Shown one piece after another: positions 1-9,881 of a stretch of 64,000 nucleotides of DNA. The DNA comes from Escherichia phage Ge15, in the sequence record PP359696.1; one strand, written 5' to 3'. Every line of letters starts with the position of its first letter. Position 1 is the stretch's first letter. The translations under genes were made by a program, and so were the position numbers. The notes under the pieces are model-generated. The model searched no databases and had not been told where the DNA came from. It worked only from the letters and a program-made list of their open reading frames with translations.

Positions 1-33
1 TCAAAGCCATCACTATACCTTCCAAGTGAACCT

Positions 34-390
34 GTGAAGTATGAACTAAAGCGTCAGCTAATTCCTACTGATGTATTAATAGGTCCTGTGACAGCTATAT
101 CATTTGTAATTCTATTGATTGTTGGAATGGTTATAGACTTTATGACTGATATTGAATCTGACGTAATATTTTTGTTAGTATTAATTCTTCCATTAGTAGT
201 TCCATTTTTATTGGTACCTGTAAATTGGGTAGGATATTGGTATCAAGGAAGGCATTATCGTAAACGTGTACGTGAATGGAAAGCTCAGTGTAAAAAGATT
301 AAAAAGGAACACCAGCTTAAACTAAATATGTATGAATTTAATGAAATTATGAAATTTGTTAAGGAATCACGATGCAAAAGCCAAAACTAA
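34..390 (+). CDS. Hypothetical small membrane protein (e.x cluster upstream of nudE)
   Basis: 118-aa ORF with long hydrophobic segments and basic C-terminus; position upstream of nudE/e as in T4 e.2-e.8 cluster. Confidence 0.45.
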   Translation: MKYELKRQLIPTDVLIGPVTAISFVILLIVGMVIDFMTDIESDVIFLLVLILPLVVPFLLVPVNWVGYWYQGRHYRKRVREWKAQCKKIKKEHQLKLNMYEFNEIMKFVKESRCKSQN

Positions 391-746
391 ATAAAGTCAA
401 ATATTCTTTTTCTGAGTCATTTTTAATTTTTGCTGTGGCGTTGGCTGCAGCTCTTGCTGGTAGTCTTATTGGATTAATGATTGACTGTATTATTTTAAAC
501 ATCCGCAGTAACGTCAGCGGTATAGTAGATATAATAGAAGTTTGGAGTGAACTTCATTATACTATAGCAATTTCATTATTTTCATTCTTTAGTATCATTT
601 TATATTTTCATTATGATAATTTTAAAATAAATTGGCAAAGAAAAAAGGATTACAAAATACAATTAAAAGAATATAATAACTACATGTCTTATATTGAAAA
701 TGAATCAATGAAAGAATTCGTGAATGATTGTAGGAAAATCAAATGA
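372..746 (+). CDS. Hypothetical membrane protein (e.x cluster)
   Basis: 124-aa ORF, hydrophobic N-terminal half; overlaps neighbours as in phage operons. Confidence 0.45.
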   Translation: MQKPKLNKVKYSFSESFLIFAVALAAALAGSLIGLMIDCIILNIRSNVSGIVDIIEVWSELHYTIAISLFSFFSIILYFHYDNFKINWQRKKDYKIQLKEYNNYMSYIENESMKEFVNDCRKIK

Positions 747-1231
747 TTTTAAAAACTCGCTGGTATGATTTAGATGATGGGGACGATGGCATTTCAGTCG
801 ATAGAGTTGACTGGAGCGGCTGTTCTGAAGATACAAAGAAACGATTAATTAGGGAGTTTAGAATGGGATATCAAGCAGTTAAGCCATCTACTGTAACAGA
901 TGATAAATTCGTGTGTATTCAAAATGGTCGTGCTAAGTTAACGAACGCTGATTGGTTCACAGATAAGAAGGTTATTCTGTGGTATATTATTAGTTTTCCT
1001 GTGACATCATTTGTATTTTGCTTCTTTGGAGAAAGTCCAGTAGGCAGAACGGAAGATTGGATTCTTTTAATTATACTTGTTAATATTTTTACAGCAGCAG
1101 TACTATCAGGAATATGGTGCGTGTTCATTGAAATGCCATGGCGGTTACGTAGGCAGCAAAAGATTTTTGATGAAAAGAAATATACTCAAAATTTAAATAA
1201 TTTTATCACTGAATGCAGGAAATTAAAATGA
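743..1231 (+). CDS. Hypothetical membrane protein (e.x cluster)
   Basis: 162-aa ORF, ATGA overlap with upstream ORF, hydrophobic central segments. Confidence 0.45.
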   Translation: MILKTRWYDLDDGDDGISVDRVDWSGCSEDTKKRLIREFRMGYQAVKPSTVTDDKFVCIQNGRAKLTNADWFTDKKVILWYIISFPVTSFVFCFFGESPVGRTEDWILLIILVNIFTAAVLSGIWCVFIEMPWRLRRQQKIFDEKKYTQNLNNFITECRKLK

Positions 1232-1668
1232 AAACATTATCAGCTGGTATTATCTTTATGACAGAAGATAAAGATTTATTTATGGGACGAGTTACTGGTT
1301 CTCGTAAGCCTGGAATGATGGCACATCGCTGGGATATTCCAAAGGGGCGTGTAGAAAATTCTGATTTAAGCGCATTAGATGCAGCACGAAGAGAATGCTC
1401 AGAAGAGACTGGTTTTAACAATTATAATCCAGACCTTCTAGAAGACCTAGGTGTATTTAAATATTCTAGTAATAAAGACTTACAGTTATTTTATTATACG
1501 ATTCCAGTAGAGCATGAGATGTTCAGAAATTGCCATTGCGAGTCTTATTTTGAAAATAAAGATGGTGTTATGATTCCAGAGATGGATGCTTTTGCCCTTA
1601 TTCCTCGTACTCAGTGGCAATATGTGATGGGTCCTTCACTTTACCGAATAATGAACAGCCTCTTTTAA
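1213..1668 (+). CDS. nudE: Nudix hydrolase
   Basis: Nudix box GRVENSDLSALDAARRECSEETG; sits immediately upstream of lysozyme gene e as T4 nudE (e.1); alternative start ATG at 1228 (ATGA overlap with upstream stop). Confidence 0.8.
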   Translation: MQEIKMKTLSAGIIFMTEDKDLFMGRVTGSRKPGMMAHRWDIPKGRVENSDLSALDAARRECSEETGFNNYNPDLLEDLGVFKYSSNKDLQLFYYTIPVEHEMFRNCHCESYFENKDGVMIPEMDAFALIPRTQWQYVMGPSLYRIMNSLF

Positions 1669-2199
<531 letters not shown>

Positions 2200-2240
2200 A
2201 GTTGTTTACTTTCTCCTAGAACTGTGATAGTATATTCACA
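2200..2240 (+). promoter_or_regulatory. T4-type early promoter upstream of denV
   Basis: GTTGTTTAC (-35 region) ... TGTGATAGTATATT (-10 region). Confidence 0.6.
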
Positions 2241-2258
2241 GTTACTTGGAGGGATAAA

Positions 2259-2675
2259 ATGACTCGTATTAATTTGACTTTAGTATCTGAACTTGCTGAT
2301 CAGCATTTAATCGCAGAATACCGTGAATTGCCACGTGTTTTTGGTATAGTTCGTAAACACGTGGCAAATGGTAAGCGGGTTAAAGATTTTAAAATATCTT
2401 CCGAGTTTATTTTAGGTTCTGGTCATGTTACGTTCTTTTACGATAAGTTAGAATTTTTGCGAAAGCGTCAATCAGACATTATAACGGAATGCTTAAAACG
2501 TGGGTTTAGTATAAAAGATACTGAAGTTCCTGACATCAGTGATATTCCAGCAGAATGGAAAAATGATTATAATCCATGCAAATCAGCTATTAAATTGAGT
2601 CAACAACGACTCGATGAAAAAATTTTAATGAAGCCACACTGGTACAAGTATTACGGCAAAAATATTTACATTTAA
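2259..2675 (+). CDS. denV: Endonuclease V, pyrimidine-dimer DNA glycosylase
   Basis: 138 aa, [17 protein letters not shown]...[11 protein letters not shown] matches T4 endo V N-terminus and length; early promoter upstream. Confidence 0.92.
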   Translation: MTRINLTLVSELADQHLIAEYRELPRVFGIVRKHVANGKRVKDFKISSEFILGSGHVTFFYDKLEFLRKRQSDIITECLKRGFSIKDTEVPDISDIPAEWKNDYNPCKSAIKLSQQRLDEKILMKPHWYKYYGKNIYI

Positions 2676-2684
2676 AGGAAACAT

Positions 2685-3002
2685 ATGAAAACGTATAAAG
2701 AATTTATTGCAGAATCTGCCGCAGGACAACGTGTAGAAGGCGGTTATATTTGGATTGAAGAAGTTGAGCCACCTAGTCGTACTTCTACTGGTAAATGGAA
2801 AATTACTGTCGATGGTCCTGGCGGAAAACGCAGAACTTTAAAAGAAATTAATGGATATTATAGTGAAGCTCTTTCAGACGCGGGCACTTATATGATGCAA
2901 ATTATGATTAAAAATCCAGAAAATCGTTTTGCAGCTAGAGTTTTCCGCCGCATTGGAAATAAACTTTACGATGCATATTCTAAAAATTTTCCTAAAGCAT
3001 AA
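2685..3002 (+). CDS. ipII: Internal protein II (capsid-targeted, injected protein)
   Basis: N-terminal capsid targeting sequence MKTYKEFIAE; order denV-ipII-ipIII as in T4. Confidence 0.7.
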   Translation: MKTYKEFIAESAAGQRVEGGYIWIEEVEPPSRTSTGKWKITVDGPGGKRRTLKEINGYYSEALSDAGTYMMQIMIKNPENRFAARVFRRIGNKLYDAYSKNFPKA

Positions 3003-3018
3003 AAATTAAAGGAAACAT

Positions 3019-3492
3019 ATGAAAACATATCAAGAATTTATTACTGAAGCAGCTATTAATTCTCAAATTATTGCTGAATCTTTTACTGATCTTTTGAAAT
3101 TTAAAAAAGGTCAAAAAATCACTGCTGTATTGGATGATGGTACAGAAGTTGAGATGGATGTACAGGGATATAATTATGCAGTAGATGGAAAACTGTATAA
3201 TAAATCTCATGCTAAATTTGATTCATTTGACGACTTTGTTAATACAGTTGAAGATGAAAAAACTCGTAGATCCATTGCAACTGGTGATGCTAAGGTTCTT
3301 ATGGCACACGGCCATGAACGCATTCGCGCTAAGCAGAATAAAATGGGCGAAGATAATTTCGCATTAGTTGGTTATCAATCTGGTAAACAAACTTATGGTT
3401 ATCAGCGTACTGCTACCATGTATAACAAAAATGGTAAAATCGCTTTCGTGAATAGTAAAGGTTCTGTTCAGTACGTTAAATCGTTCAAATAA
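3019..3492 (+). CDS. ipIII: Internal protein III (capsid-targeted, injected protein)
   Basis: N-terminal capsid targeting sequence MKTYQEFITE; basic protein; synteny. Confidence 0.7.
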   Translation: MKTYQEFITEAAINSQIIAESFTDLLKFKKGQKITAVLDDGTEVEMDVQGYNYAVDGKLYNKSHAKFDSFDDFVNTVEDEKTRRSIATGDAKVLMAHGHERIRAKQNKMGEDNFALVGYQSGKQTYGYQRTATMYNKNGKIAFVNSKGSVQYVKSFK

Positions 3493-3627
3493 TATGGGAA
3501 CAGCCTGGACCTCATTTGAGGTATTCCCGCCAACCTGTGATAAGGTCGAGCCAAAGCGCGGTAATGGGTAATGCAGGAATGGACAACTCATGTGCCATGG
3601 AATGGCCCAAAAATTAAGAGAGAAAAT

Positions 3628-4170
3628 ATGAAAACATTTTTAACTGGCCCGTATCTATCCCTGATGAATGCTTTTACACACCATTCTGATGCTAGAGTAG
3701 AAGAAATTTGTAAAAACGAATATATCCCGCCATTTGAAGAATTACTTAAACAGTACTGTACACTTCGTATAGATGGTGGACGTCAATCCGGTAAATCACT
3801 TGCTGTGACTAACTTTGCTGCTAATTGGCTGTATGATGGCGGAACAGTTATTGTTCTATCTAATACTTCAGCTTACGCTAAAATTTCTGCAAATAACATT
3901 AAAAAGGAATTTTCGCGTTATTCTAATGATGATATACGTTTTCGTTTATTTACTGATTCTGTGCGCAGTTTTATTGGTAATAGAGGTAGCAAGTTCAGAG
4001 GTTTATCGCTTTCACGAATTTTGTATATAATTGATGAGCCTGTTAAATCTCCTGATATGGATAAAATTTACGATATTCATATTGAAACTGTGCAACACTG
4101 TTGTCGAAGCTATAATGCTGAAACAGGTGAAACAGTTCGTCCTCAATTTTTTGTGATTGGAATGCAATGA
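3628..4170 (+). CDS. Hypothetical protein (vs-cluster position)
   Basis: ORF 3571..4170 in track; start placed at internal ATG 3628 because upstream part lies in GC-rich spacer without RBS. Confidence 0.45.
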   Translation: MKTFLTGPYLSLMNAFTHHSDARVEEICKNEYIPPFEELLKQYCTLRIDGGRQSGKSLAVTNFAANWLYDGGTVIVLSNTSAYAKISANNIKKEFSRYSNDDIRFRLFTDSVRSFIGNRGSKFRGLSLSRILYIIDEPVKSPDMDKIYDIHIETVQHCCRSYNAETGETVRPQFFVIGMQ

Positions 4171-4496
4171 TGACAGACACACAGCTTTTCGAATATCTTT
4201 ATTTTTCGCCAAAAACTATTAAAAATAAATTGGTGAATCATTTTGAAATTTTGGCAAATAACAACGTCTTGAGCGAATTTTATCCTAAGCAATACAAATT
4301 ACAAAAAGGCGTATTCAAAGGATGCAGAGTTTTGTGTACTGCTCCTAACGCGCAGTTAATGAATAAAATTCCATATTTTACCATGGAATTTATTGATGGA
4401 CCTTTTAAAGGACTAATCACCCAAAGTTTAATGGCATATGATTCTGAGCCATTTTTAATTAAAGAACAATCTTGGATAAATTTATTTTCTAATTGA
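4167..4496 (+). CDS. Hypothetical protein
   Basis: 109-aa ORF, ATGA overlap with upstream gene. Confidence 0.45.
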   Translation: MMTDTQLFEYLYFSPKTIKNKLVNHFEILANNNVLSEFYPKQYKLQKGVFKGCRVLCTAPNAQLMNKIPYFTMEFIDGPFKGLITQSLMAYDSEPFLIKEQSWINLFSN

Positions 4497-4503
4497 GGTT
4501 TAT

Positions 4504-4866
4504 ATGAAAGCATATCAAATTCTTGAAGGCACACATAAAGGTACTATTTATTTTGAAGATGGTATTCAAGCACGAATTATTGTCTCTAAAACCTTTAAAG
4601 AGGACTCTTTTGTAGACCCAGAAATTTTCTATGGTTTGCATGCCCGTGAAATTGAAATTGAGCAACAGCCTACAGTTAAAATTGAAGGTGGTCAACACCT
4701 GAACGTTAACGTTCTGCGTCGCGAAACTTTGGAAGATGCAGTTAAGCATCCGGAAAAATATCCGCAGCTGACCATCCGTGTATCCGGTTATGCAGTTCGC
4801 TTTAACTCTCTGACTCCGGAACAGCAGCGCGACGTTATTGCTCGTACCTTTACTGAGAGTTTGTAA
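4504..4866 (+). CDS. Autonomous glycyl-radical cofactor protein (GrcA/YfiD-like, PFL C-terminal domain homolog)
   Basis: C-terminal [25 protein letters not shown] glycyl-radical signature; GAGG RBS. Confidence 0.8.
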   Translation: MKAYQILEGTHKGTIYFEDGIQARIIVSKTFKEDSFVDPEIFYGLHAREIEIEQQPTVKIEGGQHLNVNVLRRETLEDAVKHPEKYPQLTIRVSGYAVRFNSLTPEQQRDVIARTFTESL

Positions 4867-5087
4867 TGGCAAAGATAATTATTGAAGGTTCTAAAGATGT
4901 GCTAAATGCTTTCGCCGAGTGGTTTAGTAATTCAGGCGAACAGCAATTTAATGAAGCCTGGAATATGGGTGATATTGATGGAATTTATCCTACGACAGAA
5001 ATTTCTGTTCAAGGATATGGCATTCATGAACCTATTCGTTTAGTTGAATATGATTTATGTACTGGTGAGGAAGTCAAATATGATTGA
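4866..5087 (+). CDS. Hypothetical protein
   Basis: 73-aa acidic ORF, TAATG overlap. Confidence 0.45.
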   Translation: MAKIIIEGSKDVLNAFAEWFSNSGEQQFNEAWNMGDIDGIYPTTEISVQGYGIHEPIRLVEYDLCTGEEVKYD

Positions 5088-5346
5088 AGACATTAAAGGT
5101 TATAAGCCGCATACTGAAGAGAAAATCGGTAAAGTGAATGCTATTAAAGACGCTGAAGTTCGTTTAGGACTTATCTTTGACGCTTTATACGATGAATTCT
5201 GGGAAGCACTAGATAATTGTGAAGATGATGAACTCGCGAAGAATTATGCTGAAAGCCTCGATCAGTTAACTATTGCTAAAACGAAACTCAAAGAAGCCAG
5301 TATGTGGGCTTGTCGTGCAGTGTTCCAACCAGAGGAAAAATACTAA
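5080..5346 (+). CDS. Hypothetical protein
   Basis: Start at ATG 5080 (ATGATTGA overlap, GAGG upstream); ORF track frame 5044..5346. Confidence 0.45.
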   Translation: MIEDIKGYKPHTEEKIGKVNAIKDAEVRLGLIFDALYDEFWEALDNCEDDELAKNYAESLDQLTIAKTKLKEASMWACRAVFQPEEKY

Positions 5347-5624
5347 TGGCTCAATTAAGTGCAGGGTTTGGTTATGAGTATTATACTGCACCTCGTCGTG
5401 TATCTGCCGCTCCTAAGAAAATTCAAAGTCTTGATGACTTCCAGGAAGTAGTCCGTAAAGCTTTTCAGGACTATGCACGTTATCTTAAAGAAGATTCACA
5501 GGACTGTCTCGAAGAAGATGAAATTGCTTACTATGAGCAGCGTCTTGAACAGCTTAAAAACTTACATGAGGTTCGTGCAGAAGTTTCAAAGTCTATGAAT
5601 AAATTGATTAGATTTAAAGAATAA
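5346..5624 (+). CDS. Hypothetical protein
   Basis: Start at TAATG overlap 5346; track ORF 5304..5624. Confidence 0.45.
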   Translation: MAQLSAGFGYEYYTAPRRVSAAPKKIQSLDDFQEVVRKAFQDYARYLKEDSQDCLEEDEIAYYEQRLEQLKNLHEVRAEVSKSMNKLIRFKE

Positions 5625-5660
5625 CTGTTTACTTTTCCTCTTGACTGTGGTATAATTTTT
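5625..5660 (+). promoter_or_regulatory. T4-type early promoter upstream of regB
   Basis: CTGTTTAC ... TGTGGTATAAT. Confidence 0.7.
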
Positions 5661-5683
5661 CTATCAGTTAAGAGGAGAATAAC

Positions 5684-6145
5684 ATGACTATCAACACAGA
5701 AGTTTTTATCCGTCGAAATAAGCTCCGTCGTCACTTTGAGTCGGAGTTTCGTCAAATTAACAATGAGATTCGTGAGGCATCAAAAGCAGCAGGGGTCTCA
5801 TCGTTTCATCTAAAATATTCTCAGCATCTTCTTGATCGTGCAATTCAACGGGAGATTGATGAGACATATGTTTTTGAATTATTCCATAAAATAAAAGATC
5901 ATGTTTTAGAAGTTAATGAATTCCTGAGTATGCCTCCGCGTCCTGACATTGACGAGGATTTTATTGATGGGGTTGAATATCGTCCTGGACGTTTAGAAAT
6001 CACAGATGGAAATCTTTGGCTTGGATTTACAGTTTGTAAGCCTAATGAGAAGTTCAAAAACCCGTCACTTCAATGCAGGATGGCAATTATCAACAGTCGT
6101 CGTTTACCAGGAAAGGCTTCTAAAGCAGTAATTAAAACTCAATGA
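5684..6145 (+). CDS. regB: RegB sequence-specific endoribonuclease
   Basis: 153 aa, MTINTEVFIRRNKLRRHFESEF... as recalled for T4 RegB; own early promoter and AGGAG RBS. Confidence 0.85.
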   Translation: MTINTEVFIRRNKLRRHFESEFRQINNEIREASKAAGVSSFHLKYSQHLLDRAIQREIDETYVFELFHKIKDHVLEVNEFLSMPPRPDIDEDFIDGVEYRPGRLEITDGNLWLGFTVCKPNEKFKNPSLQCRMAIINSRRLPGKASKAVIKTQ

Positions 6146-6152
6146 GGTAAAC

Positions 6153-6698
6153 ATGAGAAAAGCACTACTCGCTGGTCTATTGGCCATTTCAATGATGGCA
6201 CATAGCTCCGAGCATACTTTCAGTAATGTCCAACTCGATAACATGCGTTACGCGTATCAATTCGGGGAACAATTTTCTAAGGATGGAAAATATAAAACAC
6301 ACAAAAATATCCACAAGAGCGGATTAGGTCATATAATGGCTGCCATTTTATGGCAAGAAAGCTCTGGCGGAGTTAATTTAAAATCTAAACCAAAGCATCA
6401 CGCCTACGGAATGTTCCAAAATTATTTGCCTACTATGCGAGCAAGAGTTAAGGAACTTGGTTATAATATGACCGATGCTGAAATAAAAAGAATGTTGAAT
6501 AAACGGTCCAATTCAGCTTCCTGGGCGTACATTGAACTTTCTTATTGGTTAAATATACATAAGGGCGATATAAGAAAAGCAATATCCTCTTATAATTCGG
6601 GATGGAATGTTAAAGCAGGTTCTAAATATGCTTCTGAAGTCCTAGAAAAGGCTAATTACCTTAAAAATAATAAACTTTTGGAAATAGTAAATGACTAA
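6153..6698 (+). CDS. Secreted protein with lytic-transglycosylase-like (SLT) motif
   Basis: N-terminal signal peptide MRKALLAGLLAISMMAHS; ILWQESSG...AYGMFQ resembles SLT catalytic region. Confidence 0.5.
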   Translation: MRKALLAGLLAISMMAHSSEHTFSNVQLDNMRYAYQFGEQFSKDGKYKTHKNIHKSGLGHIMAAILWQESSGGVNLKSKPKHHAYGMFQNYLPTMRARVKELGYNMTDAEIKRMLNKRSNSASWAYIELSYWLNIHKGDIRKAISSYNSGWNVKAGSKYASEVLEKANYLKNNKLLEIVND

Positions 6699-7032
6699 AA
6701 TTTTGGTTTTATGTATAGGATTAATTTCATTTTCTGCGTTAGCAGATACATCATATACTGAAATTAGAGAGTATGTAAACCGTACTGCAGCGGATTATTG
6801 CGGGAAAAATAAAGCATGCCAAGCTGAATTTGCGCAGAAATTAATATATGCATATAAAGACGGAGAAAGAGATAAATCAAGCAGATACAAAAATGATACA
6901 TTGTTAAAACGATATGCTAAAAAGTGGAATACCTTAGAATGTTCAGTTGCGGAGGAGAAAGATAAAGCCGCTTGTCATTCAATGGTTGACCGTTTGGTAG
7001 ATTCTTATAATCGAGGATTGAGTACTAGATGA
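6691..7032 (+). CDS. Small secreted/periplasmic protein
   Basis: Signal peptide MTKILVLCIGLISFSALA; Cys-containing mature part. Confidence 0.45.
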   Translation: MTKILVLCIGLISFSALADTSYTEIREYVNRTAADYCGKNKACQAEFAQKLIYAYKDGERDKSSRYKNDTLLKRYAKKWNTLECSVAEEKDKAACHSMVDRLVDSYNRGLSTR

Positions 7033-7508
7033 TTGTAAAATATATCAAGGGCGATATTGTCGCCCTCTTTCTTGAAGGTAATATTATTGCGCACGGGTGC
7101 AATTGTTTTCATACAATGGGCAGTGGTGTAGCTGGTCAATTAGCAAGAGCCTATCCCAAAATTTTAGAAATAGATAAGACCACAACTGAATATGGTTCGC
7201 GTGAAAAACTCGGTGATATGTCTATTGTTTTTAAACATAAACCTAATGGTTTTGGCATATGTTATAACTTGTATACGCAATACGAACCAGGTCCTAATCT
7301 TGATTATGGTGCTTTAGTAAACTGCATGATAGAATTAAATCTACAGGCAGAAACCCTTTTGTTTAAACCGGTAATTTACATTCCACGCATAGGTTGTGGT
7401 ATTGCTGGCGGCGATTGGGATAAGGTTTCTAAATTAATCGACATGTTTACTCCTGATATTGATTTAATAGTGGTGGATTATGAAAGTGCATTACCCGCAT
7501 CCGTTTGA
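7029..7508 (+). CDS. Macro-domain-like protein (putative ADP-ribose binding/processing)
   Basis: GDIVALF..NIIAHGCNCFHTMGSGVAGQLARAYP and IPRIGCGIAGG resemble macro-domain signature blocks. Confidence 0.5.
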   Translation: MIVKYIKGDIVALFLEGNIIAHGCNCFHTMGSGVAGQLARAYPKILEIDKTTTEYGSREKLGDMSIVFKHKPNGFGICYNLYTQYEPGPNLDYGALVNCMIELNLQAETLLFKPVIYIPRIGCGIAGGDWDKVSKLIDMFTPDIDLIVVDYESALPASV

Positions 7509-7692
7509 TCCTAAAAACAAAGCAGTAATTATTCGTCAATGGGAACGCATTTGCCGTACTAAATGTCCAATTAATAGTCCACATGATGTAGATAAAGACT
7601 ACATTGGAACATTCGTTGAATATACCTTTATTGATAAGAAAGGTCGTAAACAACATGTAGAAGAATATTGCTTAAAGGTTACATGGTTATGA
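7480..7692 (+). CDS. Hypothetical protein
   Basis: 70-aa ORF overlapping upstream gene end. Confidence 0.4.
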   Translation: MKVHYPHPFDPKNKAVIIRQWERICRTKCPINSPHDVDKDYIGTFVEYTFIDKKGRKQHVEEYCLKVTWL

Positions 7693-7713
7693 GCCAAACT
7701 AGTATTCTTAAAA

Positions 7714-7896
7714 ATGCCCACTGTGAAAAGTGTAAGTGGCCGGTTGTTTTTTGCTTTATGCAACGATGAAATGGCTTGTGATTTCGATTATTGGTGCTAT
7801 TGTTCTAATAAAGGATGCATCAATCATAAAGGTGAAGGATTTTATTCAGGATTTTACCCTTATCCTGATTTCGTTAAAGAAGGTAAACCAAAATGA
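7714..7896 (+). CDS. Hypothetical Cys-rich small protein
   Basis: 60 aa with CxxxxxxC...CxC...C pattern. Confidence 0.4.
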   Translation: MPTVKSVSGRLFFALCNDEMACDFDYWCYCSNKGCINHKGEGFYSGFYPYPDFVKEGKPK

Positions 7897-8069
7897 ATGA
7901 TGATTTAAAATATCAATTATTACGTGAACTTGATGTTTTGATTGAACTTTCTGCACAAAAAGGATTTATAATTGGATCGGGTCAAAAAGACCCCAACGGT
8001 CATTCAATCGTAGCGGTTATGAATCAGAAACGAGTCATTTTAAAACTTTTGGGGATTGACATACTGTGA
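7893..8069 (+). CDS. Hypothetical small protein
   Basis: 58-aa ORF not in track (below 60 aa); ATGA overlap with upstream stop; fills the gap to next gene. Confidence 0.3.
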   Translation: MNDDLKYQLLRELDVLIELSAQKGFIIGSGQKDPNGHSIVAVMNQKRVILKLLGIDIL

Positions 8070-8251
8070 GCCTAAGCAAAGAACAAAAAGATAAATTGTT
8101 TGAGCTTATCCATGAACTTCTAGATGAGCATGCAGAAGCAAACACCTTTTATGATGAATACGGCCCGCTATCTCCCGAACAGCAGGAAGAATTTGCTGAT
8201 CGGTTTGATAAGAAAGAAAATGAATTAATAGCTTATGTGAATACGCTTTAA
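8066..8251 (+). CDS. Hypothetical acidic protein
   Basis: 61 aa, GTG start overlapping upstream stop. Confidence 0.4.
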   Translation: MSLSKEQKDKLFELIHELLDEHAEANTFYDEYGPLSPEQQEEFADRFDKKENELIAYVNTL

Positions 8252-8260
8252 GAAGGTGAT

Positions 8261-8842
8261 ATGGCGAGTTTAATTTTTACTTATGCAGCAATGAATGCTG
8301 GAAAATCTGCTTCTCTTTTGACTGCTGCACATAATTATAAAGAACGTGGAATGAGTGTATTAGTTCTTAAGCCTGCTATTGATACTCGCGATTCTGTCTG
8401 TGAAGTTGTTTCTCGCATTGGAATTAAACAGGAAGCGAATATTATTACAGATGATATGGATATTTTCGAGTTCTATAAATGGGCTGAAGCACAAAAAGAT
8501 ATTCATTGCGTATTTGTAGATGAAGCTCAGTTTTTAAAAACTGAACAGGTGCACCAATTAAGCCGAATTGTTGATACATATAATGTTCCTGTTATGGCTT
8601 ATGGATTAAGGACTGATTTCGCTGGAAAATTGTTTGAAGGTTCTAAAGAACTTTTAGCGATTGCAGATAAACTTATTGAACTAAAGGCAGTTTGTCATTG
8701 CGGCAAAAAAGCGATTATGACAGCTCGATTAATGGAAGATGGAACACCAGTTAAAGAAGGTAATCAAATCTGTATTGGTGATGAAATTTATGTTTCTTTG
8801 TGCAGAAAACATTGGAATGAATTAACTAAAAAGCTTGGTTAG
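8261..8842 (+). CDS. tk: Thymidine kinase
   Basis: 193 aa; P-loop AMNAGKS and overall similarity to type II TK (E. coli Tdk-like); AAGGTG RBS. Confidence 0.93.
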   Translation: MASLIFTYAAMNAGKSASLLTAAHNYKERGMSVLVLKPAIDTRDSVCEVVSRIGIKQEANIITDDMDIFEFYKWAEAQKDIHCVFVDEAQFLKTEQVHQLSRIVDTYNVPVMAYGLRTDFAGKLFEGSKELLAIADKLIELKAVCHCGKKAIMTARLMEDGTPVKEGNQICIGDEIYVSLCRKHWNELTKKLG

Positions 8843-8851
8843 TGCAAAAGT

Positions 8852-8859
8852 TATAAATA
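8852..8859 (+). promoter_or_regulatory. T4 late promoter upstream of rI region
   Basis: Exact TATAAATA. Confidence 0.6.
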
Positions 8860-8884
8860 GGTTTATCTAACTAAAGGGGTATAT

Positions 8885-9097
8885 ATGCTACAATTAACTG
8901 AAAAGCAACTTCGCAATCTTACTGTGCTTCAATTAGATGAAATTCGTAGGGAAGTTGGAAATATCATTTCAGCTTTGCGTCGAGAAGTATCACTCAACCA
9001 ATCTCCGGCAGACTATACTAGATTGCGAAATTTTGAAAAATACCTTGATAAAGTTAAGGCCGTGCATCGGCATAAAGTAAATACAGGACAAAAATGA
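8885..9097 (+). CDS. Hypothetical protein
   Basis: 70-aa ORF with late promoter TATAAATA and GGGG RBS upstream. Confidence 0.45.
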
Positions 9098-9109
9098 TAG
9101 GAGGCCTTT

Positions 9110-9403
9110 ATGGCCTTAAAAGCAACGGCACTATTTGCCATGCTAGGATTGTCATTTGTTTTATCTCCATCGATTGAAGCGAATGTCGATCCTCATTTTG
9201 ATAAATTTATGGAATCTGGTATTAGGCACGTTTATATGCTTTTTGAAAATAAAAGCGTAGAATCGTCTGAACAATTCTATAGTTTTATGAGAACGACCTA
9301 TAAAAATGACCCGTGCTCTTCTGATTTTGAATGTATAGAACGAGGCGCGGAGATGGCACAATCATACGCTAGAATTATGAACATTAAATTGGAGACTGAA
9401 TGA
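9110..9403 (+). CDS. rI: Lysis inhibition regulator RI (membrane-anchored periplasmic antiholin)
   Basis: 97 aa, N-terminal signal-anchor MALKATALFAMLGLSFVLSPSIEA as recalled for T4 RI; GGAGG RBS. Confidence 0.8.
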   Translation: MALKATALFAMLGLSFVLSPSIEANVDPHFDKFMESGIRHVYMLFENKSVESSEQFYSFMRTTYKNDPCSSDFECIERGAEMAQSYARIMNIKLETE

Positions 9404-9786
9404 AATTCAGCGACTTTTCACAAAGTGGAAAACCTTCAAAGGCAGATGAATACTTAGGTTTATTAATGGCTGCACAAGCTTATTTTCATTCTGCACATTT
9501 TGAAACTAAAAGTTATGCTAGACACAAAGCATACGATTTTATTTTCTCCGAGTTGCCAGATTTGATTGATAAATTTGGTGAGCAATATTTGGGGTATTCT
9601 GGTAGAAAATACACACCTTCAATTCCAGATGCCAGTAAACTTCCTACCGACACAATTAAAATGATTGATCACATACTAGACCAATCTAACAGCATTTATA
9701 AAGAAATGCCTCCAGCCATCCAAAGCACGATAGATGATATTACTGGAATGTTTTACCAGAGTAAGTATCTTCTTTCCCTCGAATAA
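9400..9786 (+). CDS. Hypothetical protein (rI.-1 position)
   Basis: 128-aa ORF, ATGA overlap with rI, followed by tetraloop terminator. Confidence 0.5.
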   Translation: MKFSDFSQSGKPSKADEYLGLLMAAQAYFHSAHFETKSYARHKAYDFIFSELPDLIDKFGEQYLGYSGRKYTPSIPDASKLPTDTIKMIDHILDQSNSIYKEMPPAIQSTIDDITGMFYQSKYLLSLE

Positions 9787-9790
9787 CATT

Positions 9791-9815
9791 AGTCTCCTTC
9801 GGGAGACTTTTTTCA
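9791..9815 (+). terminator. Intrinsic terminator (tetraloop hairpin + T-run)
   Basis: AGTCTCC-TTCG-GGAGACT followed by TTTTTT. Confidence 0.75.
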
Positions 9816-9821
9816 TTTTAC

Positions 9822-9858
9822 CGGTTTACTTTCCGTTTGAGCTGTGGTACTATACAAC
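9822..9858 (+). promoter_or_regulatory. T4-type early promoter
   Basis: GGTTTAC ... TGTGGTACTATACAACTATC. Confidence 0.7.
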
Positions 9859-9881
9859 TATCGGATAAAGAGGAGAACATC

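Noticed and set aside
3571-3627. Upstream extension of ORF 3571..4170 (start at first ATG)
   Set aside because: First ATG sits in the GC-rich spacer with no Shine-Dalgarno; the internal ATG at 3628 has a plausible RBS, so the shorter CDS was reported.
6691-7508. Assigning the T4 vs gene (valyl-tRNA synthetase modifier) to a specific ORF between regB and tk
   Set aside because: Three ORFs sit where I recall two in T4 and two of them carry signal peptides or a macro-like domain; I cannot decide which, if any, is vs without a database comparison.
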